From contig QPMI01000097.1 of assembly GCA_004431415.1 (NCBI GenBank), positions 62,001-126,000 on the forward strand: 64,000 nt of DNA. The letters are read 5' to 3'. The stretch is from Cyanophora paradoxa CCMP329 (taxonomy: Eukaryota; Plantae; Glaucophyta). Positions 12,970 to 26,500 of the stretch are shown one piece after another (position 1 is the stretch's first letter; each line of letters starts with the position of its first letter). The notes beneath the pieces are model-generated. The model had not been told where the DNA came from, did no database searches, and saw only the letters and a program-made list of their open reading frames with translations. The position numbers were made by a program, and so were the translations under genes.

Positions 12970-13749
12970 GTTCAAAAATTTGCCGCCGAGTTTGAATTGA
13001 CGTATACCGGGGGGGGGGCCGGGGTTGCACACGTTAGTCCCTGATATCCGGCCCACCGCGGCGCTGAGCCCAAATCCAAATCAAATTAAAGCCTGCACCC
13101 AAATCCCAATCTGACGGCTCTAGATCTGTTTGTGCTGTTAAAGAAAAGTTAGTTCGATTCCCAAGGTAGAGGGCGGGGAAGGGGGGGGGAGGGGGGGGTG
13201 TGTGGGGGGTTCAGCTCTGAGCTCAATCGGACTTCAATTTGAGATTGGAGGCGCCAGACTAGAGCTTGGAGGGCCTAGCCGCGATTGAGGGTGCCAAAGA
13301 ACGAGTGGTAGACACAGTGGCGGCACACATTGTCGGTGCACTGTACTACGTCGCGTACGAGCCACACATCGCCTCAAGCCTACACGCGGCCGCCGGGCCG
13401 ATCACGTAGGAGCGCGAGGGGGATAGCCCCGATGCGTTGCCCCTCTGTGCTTTGACAGCGCCGCAGCCTGGCTTTTGCACATTGATAACACTGGCATACT
13501 AGCCGCGGACAACGCAGGCTAGAAGCGGCGGTGCTAACTACGGGGGCGAGAAGCCGCGGACGACGCAGGCAGGGCCCTCTGAAGGGGGGCGCGCAACTTC
13601 CCCCTGGGGTTCCTACAAACTACGATGGGGACGAAGGGGGGCCTGCCGCGTCGGGGCCTGCAGGCGACGACGGAGGAGCTAGGCCGAGGGAGGAAGCGAC
13701 GCCAGGGGCAAGCTCGGCGTCATCCACGTCAATGATGACTTCAGGTGAG

Positions 13750-14412
13750 GCCGCCGCCGCGCCCCGCCCCGCCCCCGCCCGCCCCGCCTCGCTGGCGGGG
13801 CCGAAGCGAGGTCCGCGCCGCTCTCGCCCCTGCCCGGCCCCGCCCCCCGCCAGCCGCGCCGACGCCCGTGTGCAGGCCGGAGCGAGGCCGCCGCTCGCGC
13901 CCCGCCCCGCCCCGCCCGCCCCGCCTCGCTGGCGGGGCCAAAGCGAGGTCCGCGCCGCTCTCGCCCCTGCCCGGCCCCGCCCCCGCCAGCCGCGCCGACG
14001 CCCGTGTGCAGGGCGGAGCGAGGCCGCCGCTCGCGCCCCGCCCCGCCCCGCCCGCCCCGCCTCGCCGGCGGGGCGCGCTGCGGGCTGCGGCGCGGTTCGC
14101 CGGCCGTGGCGGGGGCGCGACGGACGGGGGCGCGGCTCGCTCCACGGGGCGGGGGCGCGGAGTGCGGCGGCGCGGCTCGCTCCGCACGGAGCAGGAGCGC
14201 GGCGGAAGGCGGCACGGCTCGACGGGCGTGGCGGGGGCGCGGCGGGCGGCGGCGCGGCTCACCGGGCGTGGCGGGCGGCGCGGCGTGCGGCGGCGCGGCT
14301 CACCGGGCGTGGCGGGGGCGCGGCGAGCGGCGGCACGGCTCGACGGGCGTGGCGGGGGCGCGGCGAGCGGCGGCGCGGCTCACCGGGCGTGGCGGGGGCG
14401 CGGCGGACGGCG
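13750..14412 (+). repeat. GC-rich tandem repeats (137-bp unit, then ~39-bp unit)
   Basis: CGAGGTCCGCGCCGCTCTCGCC at 13807 and 13944; GGCGGCGCGGCTCACCGGGCGTGGCGGGGGCGCG iterated from 14100. Confidence 0.8.
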
Positions 14413-14636
14413 GTTTACTCTCACGCGTTGCTGGAGTAATCAACTCGCCCATAGACTTGGAAGAATTAACGCTTGGTGGTTAAAACTCTGTGTAAAATCG
14501 GTAAGTTGACAATGGACTTGACAAGTCCAAAAGTTGTAAGCTCGGAACTTGGACTTGACAATTTTGCGTACCCCGGTTCCTCGCCTAGGTTGGACTTCGC
14601 CGCGGCGCAACAGGCGCAAACCGGCTCCCTGGATCG

Positions 14637-14744
14637 TCACCGATCGTAATTCTAGGCGATCGTAATTCTAGACGATCGTAATCGTTCAGCTTAGCTCTTG
14701 GGTATCGGTCGTAATTCTAGGCGATCGTAATTCTAGACGATCGT
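14637..14744. repeat. GATCGTAATTCTAG satellite, related to 42338-42566
   Basis: Several GATCGTAATTCTAG(G/A)C units. Confidence 0.8.
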
Positions 14745-14872
14745 ATGGGTGGTGAGCTTAAGTAAAGCCATGGCCATCTCTCTGTACAACTACAGCGCTA
14801 GCTATCTTACAAATGTGCAGGACGTTGGAAACAGCGGACGAAGCAGCACCCGCCCTCGACGGCACCGCGTCG

Positions 14873-16003
14873 ATGGCGCATGCACACGGACAAGCCGCGC
14901 GGCAGGGCATCAGCTGGAACGCGTTCTTGCTGAGCTTTCTGGCCCTCCTCTTGCTTCTGATCGTCGAAGGATCGGCAGTGAACAGGTCCGCGACGCCCTC
15001 TTCGCGGTCTCGTACGCCTGCGCATGGTTTGGTTCATTTATGCATTTACACACTCCTCGCTGCTCGCAGCTTCGGCCTCTTCGACGTGTGCATGTATGAC
15101 CGGTTTTCAAACCCCTTGCCAGCATCGTCTCGCGCGATAAGCAGTGGATTGCACTGGGCCACGCTCGGCGGGCTTTACGTGTCGATGCTCCAGCTGGTGC
15201 TCTGGAGAGGTGCGGCGAGTGGACGATTCTTCGCTTGCAGCTAACACACCCACACAGTGGAGAAGAGCATGAGCGGAAACTCAACGAGAGTGAACTGGCA
15301 CGCCCTCTTCGCGGTCTCGTACGCCTGCGCATGGTTTGGTTCATTTATGCATTTACACACTTAAACGTATTGTCTTATTTAATATACAAACAGGTTCATT
15401 GCATCTTACTGGGTCTGCCTGGTCCTAAAAGCAGCCCTCGGCGACGAGACGTGCAACAGGCCGCTCCGCTTCAACAGTGTTTCAGGCCACTACAAGTAAG
15501 ATGCAACTTACTCAGCTTTCAGGACCAGGCAGACCTAGTAAGATACAGCTCACTCACTGCGCAGTTTCCACGTCTTTTACGCCCTGACGCTGCCATGGCT
15601 GGCGGGGAGGCTAAAGCTGAAGCTTGCTCTTGGCGGAAGAATGTCTCGGCGAGCATTTCTGTTTTACTCTACAGCGATTGCGTTCTACGCATGTGGGGCG
15701 GCAACCCTGGCGCGGACGTACCTTTTGGGGTACCACTCCCTTCGGCAAGTGCTGTACGGGGCGGTGATGGGCGTTTCGTCACACATAGCCATGACACGCG
15801 TTCTCGACCGGGGCTCCAATGGGTCGGGACCTCCACATTACGCCCTCGGCCCCCTTGCAACGCTCTTTGCACTGACTGCTCTTTCCCTTGCCCTCGCCAC
15901 AGCAAATCCCCATGTCCCTGCCCTCCGTCCTGTAGATCTTGGATTCGCGGCCTCAGCCCTTACCCTCTGCGTGTACTCTGTAAGTGTGCTGTACAAATCT
16001 TAA
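14873..16003 (+). CDS. PAP2-superfamily membrane phosphatase, 4 introns
   Basis: Spliced C1 LKAALGDETCNRP, C2 SVSGHYN, C3 ARTYLLGYHSLRQVLYG; several TM segments. Confidence 0.8.
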
Positions 16004-16332
16004 GAAGCATATAACCGCGACGCTATGAGGGGCCTGTCGCGCCCCTGCCGCGTGACCAGCGGCCGCCCGAGGCCTCGCGCCGGGGCAAGACGCCGCGCAA
16101 GGCGGACAACCTGCGCCACTCGAGCTCGCGCTGCGGCCCGCCGCTGAACCCCCGTCAGGGGCCGGAGGGCGGCGCCCCGGCGGCGTCGTCCTCTGCGGCT
16201 GCATCGACTGCTGCGGCGACGGCAGGCTCTTCCGAGCCGCCGGCCGCCTCCGAGGCGCCCTTGAGCAGCGATGCTGGCTCGATCGCGAGAGTGGCGGCCC
16301 AGCCGCGGGCCTGTTTTTTTTTTGGCCCGTCA

Positions 16333-18755
16333 TCGCATTTGGACACGTACTAAAACGCAGGTCCGGGCTACAAGTGTGGGATGTACACTGCGGCCGCCGC
16401 GGCTGCGGACCCAGCCCACCGAGCTTACGCTCGGCCAGCAGGGCCCTGCGTGGCCCCCTAAGGAGAGTAATGCGCCTCCCCGCGGACACTCTGGCTAGCT
16501 AGAGCTACATGTATGTGCCCGCACGGCGTGGTGCTGCATCGTCTTGTACATGTGGCGGCGGGGGTCGTCTCGAGCTCGGGGCGGTGGCGGGAGCCCCTAC
16601 GGGCCCTGGCCTCTGGGGGGTCCGACATGGAGTCAGCCTGCGGTGGGCGCCGGGGCTATTTCGTTTTCTTGCTTTCCCTCTGCTTCTCTTTTCGCCCTGC
16701 TGGGTGCTGTGGTGAAGACGATCGTCCCAAGAGAAAGCGGCCCACAGGCCATGCGATGAGGCCCACCAGAGTGGCAATGACGCTTGACGCGAACGCCACT
16801 GTTTTGAGCTGTGAGGACGCCGGCTGCATGCCCGACGAGCTGGAGAGGGCCCTGCCCCGGATACGGTCTGTTACTCTGCCCCCTGCGTGGGCGCGCCTGT
16901 TTCCGGGCCATCCAGCCACTCGCCGCGGCGTCCTAGCACTGGTTCGTGCTCTCCTTACTGTCCTCGTACATCATACGCATGCGCCTCGTGTGAATTCGGC
17001 ATTCGTGCCTTTCATCTCGGCCGTTGTGCCATTCCCCTGCCTGTCGCGGCTGTATACTTCATCTTCGATGCAACACGTCTGAAATGCGCCCTCTGACATG
17101 CCTACGTCACGCCGTCGCCTGGCGCCTTTTCCCGCTAACCGCTTCGTCGCTGTAGACGTGGCTGCTCATTGCTTGCTCTCCTTCAGTGCGCATTGCATCT
17201 CTGCATCTTTATGTCGTCCGGTAGCCGATCGCATCGCTAACAAGCCGACCTTTCTGCCACCATTGCTAACTGCTGCCTGCGCTTCGGCATAGCATTGTCT
17301 GCTTGCTGCGCATCGCCTCGACTCACCTCCTTCGACTCACCTCGCTTGCTCCGCATGCCGCTGCCGGACGCTGTCGCACACCTCCTTCGACTCACCTCAG
17401 GCGTGCTCCTACTCGTGAGTCAGAGACACAGACCCAGGCCCAGTTTTCTACTGCTCCTGCTAATAAGCGCTCGCGGATTTCTGACGGTCAGACTCTGTTA
17501 TACACCTTCCTTGACTCACCTTGTTTGCTCCGCATGCCGCTGTTGGACACTGTCGCATACCACTCACTTCAGCTCTGTTGCTCGTGAGGAGATTATTTGT
17601 TTCCACTCATGATTCCCTTTAGCGAGCCTTTGCCACTGCTCAGCAGATTACTCGTGAATCCGTTGCACAGGCTCAGACCCAGTCTTCTGATGCTAATAAG
17701 CGCACTCGTCTTTCTGATCTGGAGACTAATAACTCTTCTGTTGGTATGGCAGATGCTGCTTTTAATGAGTAATCCTGAGTACTACTTGACCTTTATTTTT
17801 TCCTTTGTCCCTGCGGGGCCTCCTGATACCCTCGGGCCGCCCGACAGGGAGCGGGCCGTCACGGGGATTCAGGCCCTTCCTATGTGGCGCCGTCGGGTGC
17901 CCACATAGGGTGCCCTATTTTCTTGCTGGCGCCCTGGGGGTGGTGGCCCAGGGTCCTGTATGCGGCTCCACTCACTCCCCATGCTAGTGGGTCCCTGACG
18001 GGCCTTGCACGTCCCATTCGGGGCCTCTGCGGCTTTGTCATACCCAGTCTTGCTGGCATGGATGTGTCTACTGCATTTCTCTCTCTCTCTCCTTGACTCA
18101 CCTTGTTTGCTCTGCATGCCGCTGTCGGACACTGTCGCATACCACTCACTTCAGCTCTGCTGCTCCAGATTACTCGTGAATCCGTTGCACAGGCTCAGAC
18201 CCAGTCTTCTGATGCTAATAAGCGCACTCGTCTTTCTGATCCGGAGACTAATAACTCTTCTGTTGGTATGGCAGATGCTGCTTTTAATGAGTAATCCTGA
18301 GTACTACTTGACCTTATATTTTTTTCTTTGTCCCTGCGGGGCCTCCTGATACCCTCGGGCCGCCCGACAGGGAGCGGGCCGTCACGGGGATTCAGGCCCT
18401 TCCTATGTGGCGCCGTCGGGTGCCCACATAGGGTGCCCTATTTTCTTGCTGGCGCCCTGGGGGTGGTGGCCCAGGGTCCTGTATGCGGCTCCACTCACTC
18501 CCCATGCTAGTGGGTCCCTGACGGGCCTTGCACGTCCCATTCGGGGCCTCTGCGGCTTTGTCATACCCAGTCTTGCTGGCATGGATGTGTCTACTGCATT
18601 TCTCTCTCTCTCTCCGGATACTTGAAAAGCAGGAACATGATGCAAATGTTCTGCGGTGGGCGCCGGGGGGCGCGAAAAGGGCCCGGGGTCAGATCGAGAT
18701 CGAAAGGTCTGGAGATCCGATGATCCAAATCAAAGCAAACGGGGGAACCCGATGA
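16333..18755 (+). mobile_element. GCATTT-terminus element end (subtype 1, copy A), interrupted by a 2-kb insert
   Basis: TCGCATTTGGACACGTACTAAAACGCAGG...; colinear with the uninterrupted copy at 46370-46749 once 16656-18650 and one copy of the flanking duplication are removed. Confidence 0.8.
16656..18650 (+). mobile_element. Non-coding LINE-related insert with two tandem (CT)n-tailed 3' ends and an 18-bp flanking duplication
   Basis: CTGCGGTGGGCGCCGGGG at 16638-16655 and 18651-18668; near-identical units 17509-18090 and 18091-18613, each ending GTGTCT...(CT)n. Confidence 0.7.
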
Positions 18756-19090
18756 GGGGGAAGACGACGGGAGGACGCCAAAACACCTAGTTGCGAGGCT
18801 GCACGGAATGTGACCGCGAAACCAGTCTTGACCTGCTTTATACTTGGTTCATTATGCAACGGGGAGGAGACATACGCTGTTTTAATATTATTTATGAACC
18901 AGATATCGCCGAGTCGATCGACCAGACCAGACCAGATATCGATCGACCGGTCATGGCTATGCACGCATGCACATGTATTACGATTACGATGACAACCCTG
19001 GCTGCTAGCTATAGCGCTACGTAACTAGTGCGGCTAGCTGAGGACAAAAAGGAGGGGGGCGAGCACATCCCCCCTCGCACAGACTTGCTT

Positions 19091-20434
19091 TCATACGGAG
19101 TGGCAAGAGCGAAGGAGTTCAATCTGCTTGGCCTTGTCCAAGATTCGAGCGCGGAGACTGTTGATCATGTCTTCCATCTCCACCCTCAAAGAAGAAGAAA
19201 TGGTCGATCGTGCCGACAACTCCATTGCACTCTTCAACTGGGCGGAAAGGGCTGCATATTCTTCTTCAAGCGCTTTGAGGGGGCCCAACGCTGACATACA
19301 GGTTGGCAGTGCAGGAAGAACAGACGACGGGTAGAAGAGCATGGGGCGGGAGTGAGGTTGTGCACACAAAGAAGCTAACATCTCATTGACCGGGTTCACA
19401 TTTTTTTTCCGCACTGCTTTCCGTTGGCTCGCCCCCGCCCCCTTGACCGCCGCTGAAATAAGTTGCTGCTGTGATGCAAGCACCCTCTCAATGTCCTCGC
19501 TGCACTGACGGCTCTGTTTGTACTGTTTAAAAAACGTTAGTTCGATTCCCAAGGTAGAGAGGGGGGGGGGGGAAGGGGGGAAGGGGAGAGGAAGGTGGGG
19601 GGAGGAGGGTGGACTTTGATTTGTTTCGGGAATGACTCTAATTTGAGCTTGGAGGGGCTGGAGTAGTTCGATTGGGGGGGGGGGGGGGGGGGGGGGGGGC
19701 TGGAGTTTGTTTTGGGGGGGGGGGGCATTTCGCATTTGGACACGTACTAAAACGCAGGTCCGGGCTACAAGTGTGGGAATGTACACTGCGGCCGCCGCGG
19801 CCGCGGGCCCAGCCCACCAGCGAGCTGGCCGGCCGGGCCCTGCGTGGCCCCCTAAGGAGAGTAATGCGCCTCCCCGCGGACACCCTGGCTAGCTAGAGCT
19901 ACATGTGCCCGCACGCGCGGCGTGGTGCTGCATCGCGTCTTGTGGCGGCGGGGGGTCGCCTCGGGGCGGTGGCGGGAGCCCCTACAGGCCCTTGGGGACT
20001 ATTAGGACTATTTCAGCTTCGAGGGCCGGACTATTAGTATTTAGTATTTATTTCTGGTTTTGATAGCAAAGAATTTACCTGTGATTCTAGAAGCGACTCC
20101 AGCAGTCGAATTTCGTGTGTGTGTTTCAGCCCTTCAGCTCTCAGCTGGGCAAGTTCGGTGCGCGCCTACGGTTTTTTTTCAGTCGGATAGATGCCTGTAT
20201 TCGGACACAAATTCGAACCAGTTTGAGATCTGACAACGCCTCGGACAGTTGGACACGAACAGTTTCATTCTCATGTTCCTGTTTTCTATTTTTCTCGAGC
20301 AAATCTTCACACTGAGTACGAAGCCCTTCCTTTTCTTCGCGCAGCTTTGCAACGTCGCTCTGCAAGCTGCGCAGGGCTGACATGAGCGCACGGCTCTTTG
20401 CGGGGTCCGCTATAGCTACGTGCGAGCGATCCAT
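19091..20434 (-). CDS. CEP57/translokin-like coiled-coil protein, 3 exons, about 240 aa
   Basis: N-term SRALMSALRSLQSDVAKLREEK resembles the Cep57 CLD; C-term LKALEEEYAAL...LRARILDKAKQIELLR resembles the Cep57 MT-binding domain; both introns splice in phase 0. Confidence 0.55.
19730..19997 (+). repeat. GCATTT-terminus element end (subtype 1, copy B), inside intron 2 of the CEP57-like gene
   Basis: Near-identical to the other subtype-1 copies. Confidence 0.85.
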
Positions 20435-20579
20435 GCCGGCCGGCGGTCGGCACGCGCTTGCAGTCGGCCGCTTGGCGGCCAGCTACCGCCGCTATCGACG
20501 CTGTCGACGTCGGCGCTACCGGGGCCGTCGCGCTGTCGACGTCGGCGCTACCGGGGCCGTCTTGGGGAGACTGTACCCC

Positions 20580-23500
20580 CTCGATCTGGTTTGGAATGCA
20601 TTTGGTTTTTTCCTAGTCCAGAGCGTGATGATGCCCCTGGTACTCCAGAATATATAGAGCTTCTTGCGGACAACCTTCTTCCTGCACATGCTCCTGAACC
20701 CGCTATCTGAAGAGGAGCTTGCTTTGCTCCATAGACCCCGAGCGTCTTTTGCTAGCTATAGCTCTAGTTCTCGATCAGATTCCTCTAGTCCTGTAATCTA
20801 TATATATATTACAGATGATGACTTCTCTGACGCTGCTTCCGATTCTACCCCCCCGGAACCTGGCGAGGCACGTAGCGGCACAGCGGCAGCAGCGCGGAGC
20901 GTGGTACGCACCTTTTCTTAGCCTCTGCGTGATTCTGGAACTCTCCTGCCTTCGGGCGCAAACTCTCTGCCGTATGGCGCAAACTCGTGTTACCGTCCCT
21001 GTTGCCCTGCGTGCGCACTCACGTGTGCATTGCCTTGAACTCCGTTCGGCAGCCGAAGCTGAAAAGTACGAAGCCCTGGCCACCGGTGTCCGCACGGCGT
21101 CATCCGTCAGTTGTGCTTTCGCCTCTAACTCCTGTCAAGCATGTTCTCGTTACATTCTACGTCATACATACGCTCAGCTCAGCTCTCGCGTGCGGGCATC
21201 GACTTGGGCAGTTACCGTTACGTGGGTTGTGCGAAGTGACTCTGCTGACGGCCGATTAACTGCGCACTCTGTTATTTTTACAGCTGATGCCAAGCCAAGC
21301 TCTCGGGTTTTCGGCTCTCATCTCGTAACCCTTATACCTCTTTTCGTCGCTGGGACTGCCCCCCCGCCCAACATTCATCGCCTTCGTGCACCGCCGTGGC
21401 CTGATTAAATATGGTTAACATTGCATCCTTGAATGTGGGAGGGCTCAACAGTCCCAACAAGCTTCAGAAATTTGTGGAACGTTGCCGGAAGTTTGCCATT
21501 GCCCACAAGATAGACATCCTCTGCTTACAGGAAACTAAGCTGCGGGAATTTGATGCTGCTGGCCACGCCTTAGGAAAGCTCGAAAAGATTGCAACTGCCT
21601 GGCGAGGCCCATTCTTCCACTCTGCTCCGACTCAATCCCGCTCCACTGGTGTTGCCATCATGGTCACACCCTTCTTCGCTGCAGAGCACGAGGTTACGCT
21701 TGCTCGTCAGGATTCTGATGGACGCTTTATATCCGTATCTATTGCGTTTAAGGCATCGGGTTCCTTCCCGGCTACGAAAGTACTCTTGGCTTGTGTCTAT
21801 GCCCCCGCTAGTAATAACAGAGACCGCCTGGACTGGTGGCAGTCTTGTGTGCAGGCTGGGTATCTCTCCGCCACTATGCCTATGCTTCTTATCGGAGACT
21901 GGAATCACCGCACTCCAAAGCCTAATTCCCTGCAGCGCTCGTACCTTCGCACAACGATGACCTTCCACCAGCTTGATGATCTTGCGAACCATGCTCCGCC
22001 GCCTCCTGCCGGCGAGCCTGCATCTGCTTTCGCCCCAACTTATTCGCGCATTGTTAGCCTTAAAGCTGTTAACTCGCGCCTCGACTTTGCTCTTGCAACC
22101 AAGTGGTTCCAGCGCCGCCTTGCCACGTACTCGCTCCTAGCGCCGTCTGATGCGCTCCATCTTCAGCTTGACCACCGTATTGTTGTTCTCTCCTTTTCAG
22201 GCCCTCGTGTGCACCGTCACTCGCCCCGGTCCCGCGTGCAAGCGTTCCCGTACGATTTTGTCAGCAACCTGCCTGGACAGTACTCTCAGCGCGGCGACCC
22301 AGTCTGTCTTGACCCAGCTCTGCGCAAGCGTACGGAAACGCACTTAACTCAGTTCCTGAACACTGTCCTGCAAGAACGTGGGGACAATGGGGTAGTTGTT
22401 GATGCTGCCGCCTTTGATGACACATGGCGCGCATTCTGTAAGCGGCTCTGCAAAATGGCACGTAAACACAGAGCACATGTGATAAGCAAGCTATACACGC
22501 ATGAGCGCGCGGCGTACAAGGCGCTGGGCGATGTCGAGGTGAAGATCTACCGCTTGCCGCCCGGCTCCGATGCTGTCGCGCTGTACCGCGAGCGCACCCA
22601 GAGGCTTGAATCCCTGCGCGAACTTCAGAAGAAGGTCTCTCTCAACAATCGCCAGCTCGCTAGACTTCAGCACCGGCTCACGTTTGAAAGCGGCTCTAAG
22701 CGCGACTGGGCGCGGCTCGCCAAGCCCTCCTCCGTTGTTCCCCCGCCACTGCACTTCACCTCGGATGGTTCCACTGCTGTCGCTGTTGAGCCTGCCGCGG
22801 TTGCGAACTATTTGGCTAGGAAGCTTGAAGAACTGGGCGCTCCTACCCCTGCTTTCCTGTTGACTCAGACCTCTATCCTCGACTCTCTCTGCCCCCCTCC
22901 TGAACCCCCCGAGGACCCTACTGTTGATATCCCCCTTCCTGCTGCCCAGGATAATCCTTCCGCTGCTGCTTTCATTCAGCAATTTGGGGACGACCTCTTG
23001 CCTCATGTTCAGGGCACGGTCCCTCCTGCCTGGCGCACCCAGTCTAAAATCTCACCTGATGACGTAGCTTTTTCCATCAGTAAAGCATATGCCCATGGGC
23101 GCCAGGCCCGGATGGGATACCCGTTGGTGTCTTTAAGATGCACATTAAACCTTGGTCTGTTTTCCTGGCTGCCTACTTCCAGAAGGTTGCTTTTCAAGGC
23201 TTCCTTCCTGATTTTATGCGTGACTTGACCTATACTTTCATCTGGAAACGGGCTGGCCTACCCACTGATGCCTCGAAATACCGACCTATTGGAGTCTCTA
23301 ACACGCTCCTGCGCCTTTTTGAGCGGACTATGGTTACGCTAGCCAATCCAATCTTGCAACTCATCATTCCTGAAGATCAGTTTGGATTTGTACAAGGTCG
23401 GGATGTTCATAAAAACATCTTTGCAGTGCTGGCCACGTATACACGCATCCGCTACGCCAATTATGATTGTGTTATTGGTTCGACTCGGATCTCAAGTCTG

Positions 23501-26500
23501 CCTACGATCTGTTGCTCTGGGTTATTATGGCGCTCGTTCTCCATGTTCAACAGTGGCCCTGGCTTATCCGACGGATGCATCACTGCTTGTACAACCCTAG
23601 AGCTCCCCTCCGTGCACGTGTATTTGCGAATGGGCTCTTCTCTTCTGTTTTCTCACGTCTTGTGGGCACCATTCAAGGTGGTCCCTGGAGCCCAGTTTCT
23701 TTCATTCTCTCGATCAGCCCTCTACGTTCTCTCTTGCTTTCGCTCACTGATATACCCCGCCCTGTTGGCACCCCCCTTGTCCAGTTTGCTGACGATATTT
23801 ATCAACTGTTCCTGCTCCGCGCCCAGGGGCTATCTCTGCGTGACTCCCTCTTGGCTATCCATGCACGTTTTGGCTCTTTTAAACCTCTCTCTGGTCAGCA
23901 TTTATCTATGGAGAAATCTCTTGCAATCGTCCTCAGGGAACCTGCTCCCTCATCTTTGGATCTTGATCCTGCTGATCCCCTGCCTTTCCCTGTTCTTCGC
24001 GCCTCTGAGCTCGACCCCGCCTGCCATAAGCAGCTGGGTTTCCCGCATCAGCTCCTTCTTGATCGTGAGCATCATCAATCATGGAACATGATTCAGTATA
24101 AAGCGACCTTCTTTACGGAGACAGCTGTTGATTTCCAGTCCTCCCTTCTTGGACGGGTCGCATAGCCTATGCCTTCTGTCAGGGCGTATTGAGCTTCTAT
24201 ATTCGGGCAGTTCCAGCACCCCCTCTTATTCTCCGGGCTATCTCAAAATCCCTACAGACCTTCGTCTGGAAGCGTTCTTCGAATTCTGATGCGTTCATCT
24301 TACCCCATCAGGGCATGACCACTGCTTCGTGTCGGCCTGTATCTCTCGGTGGTCTCGGAGCACCCTCCCCTGAACACTTCCAGCTGGCCTTTGCCGCAAA
24401 CTCTTTGGAATCGTGGCTTGCTTCCCCGGCAGCTCTTCCTGGTCGAGAAATTATTGAGGCTTTCACGGAGAATGGTGGTTTCGGGCTCTGGCTTCCTTTT
24501 CTCAACAGGACTGATCGCCTGGTGAAACCACTGTGGCCTCCGCCTGCTGACCCGTTCTTTGCCATCTTCGAAGCTTGGCGGACTATTTTCGATGTCAAGA
24601 AGCCCTGCTGCGCTTGGGATTTCCTGCGTATGCCGATCATGCACCCCTGGTATAAGAAAGACACGTACTATGAGCGTGACTTCACATTTTCGCTGCTTTT
24701 CCGTCTCGGCTTCCGTTTCAACTATCAAATTTGGGATTTCTCTGGAGAACATACCCTCTATGTCGAGCCCTCCTATCCCGAGCAACTGCGCGACCAGCTG
24801 CATGCGCTCAATAATCGACTTGCGCAAGAGGTTTGGCGTTGTGGTAAAACTGCAGACTGGAAACACGAACCTGGAGGTCTCGCTATCGGCCCTTTCTCGA
24901 AACTTGCTGCTGAGCGCGTCTCGCTCCAGGGAGTAGCTCTCTGTCGCGTTCGCCTTCTTCCTGACACACAGCTCGCTTTCCATGAGATTGACGTGCCCTG
25001 CAATGTTTCGATTGACAGTCCCGTTGCCCTCCCCGATGTGCTTGCGATCCGGCCCGCGGCCCGTGCGATCGACTTCATTCCCGTGCCTGCGCATGCGCTT
25101 AGCCTTGTTAAGAACGCTTGCAAGTTGTCCTCCATGCCCGCACTCGTCCGGTTCCTCATGAAGTCGTTGCAGCTTTCCGACCTTGCACTCCGTCCGCTGC
25201 CACCGTCGTCTTCCCGTACGTTTGCGTTCTACTCTGACCGCGAGAACATCAGCGATCGCTCAAAGGAAGAGCTGCGCCTCTCTAAGTCGGTTGCGTACAA
25301 GCTGCCTGCTGCCCCGTCGCGTTTCACGGTTCACGACGTGTACAAGTACCTCTCCTCCCACGCTTTCATGGCGCCGACGACCGCTGAGACTAAGTGGCGT
25401 GCTGATCTCTCTCCTAAGTTCCTCTGGCCGCCAGGCTACGATGCTCGCACCGATCGCTTCCCCTGGTTCAATACGGTTATCCCCGACCTGCGCTACGCTC
25501 TCACGCAGCGCGTCCTTGACGGCTACTTTGCTCTGCGCTACAACACCCTCCGCACATCGTCCCGCATGGCTGCTATGGCTGCGCGTGATCTTCAGCGTCC
25601 CGCTTCGGCGAATTTGCTTGACAGTGAGCTTCTCTCTTCGCTATGTCCGGTCTGCCACCGGTACTGCAACGCACTGCACGTCTTTGCTCTTTGCCCCGTA
25701 GTGCAGCAGTTTTGGTCGCTTATCTTCCATGCCCTGCAGCTCCAGCCGATGCCCATTCCTTCTGCACGATTCGTTGCCTGGCTGCTCACTGGCTCGGTCC
25801 GTTTCTCTGATACTTGGATGTTTTTGCAGAACTGGGAGTGGCAGGTTGTTCGGATTCTTGGTCTGCACGTCATTTTCCGCTCGTATTCTCTGGCCTATCG
25901 TACAGGTCGCTCTGAAGCTGCTGCTACGTTTGCGATGGACCCTGACATACAGCTGCCCCTTACGCCTTCCTCCAAAACCGGTTTGAAGACGGCCACTCTG
26001 ATGTCTGCCCTGTTTCGCGAGCTCGACGATTTTATGGACATGCTTCCTCGCCGTTTACCTCGTTTCAAAGCTACTTACGTCCGTGGGACTTCCGTTTCAT
26101 CTCTACAGCTGACCCATCTCACTCTTCGTTTTGTTCTAACCTCTTGGACGCGGCTCGTGCTTATGACCATACCCTAGCCTCTTTTGAGCACTGCGAGCAT
26201 ATCACTCAGCCTGCCCCTAGCCCCGATTTAGCTCCTAGCTCCCTTGTTGCTCAGTTTGCCTATGCCAGTGCACGGCCTGTTCTATTGCAGCGGCTCGAAA
26301 AAGAGGATCTTGAAGGCTATGAATCCTCCCCTGACACTGGATCAGACTCCTCAGAGCTTTCCGACCTGGGCCCTGATGAACCTGATGATTCTTCTACAAG
26401 CTCCTCTTCGGATGACGACGACCCTCCTGAGGCACCGGACCCTGCTCCTGCTCCTGACCCTCTACTTCCTCCGTCTCCTTCGCCCTCTCACACTCCCCCT

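Noticed and set aside
9173-14509. ORFs over GC minisatellites (9236-10207, 11081-12124, 13531-14439)
   Set aside because: Open frames explained by repeat composition; no domain signal
23090-26160. Programmed ribosomal frameshifting in the LINE ORF
   Set aside because: Four shifts, several inside conserved domains, with no slippery-site pattern noticed; similar indels in the golgin array and CEP192-like gene point to assembly error or decay
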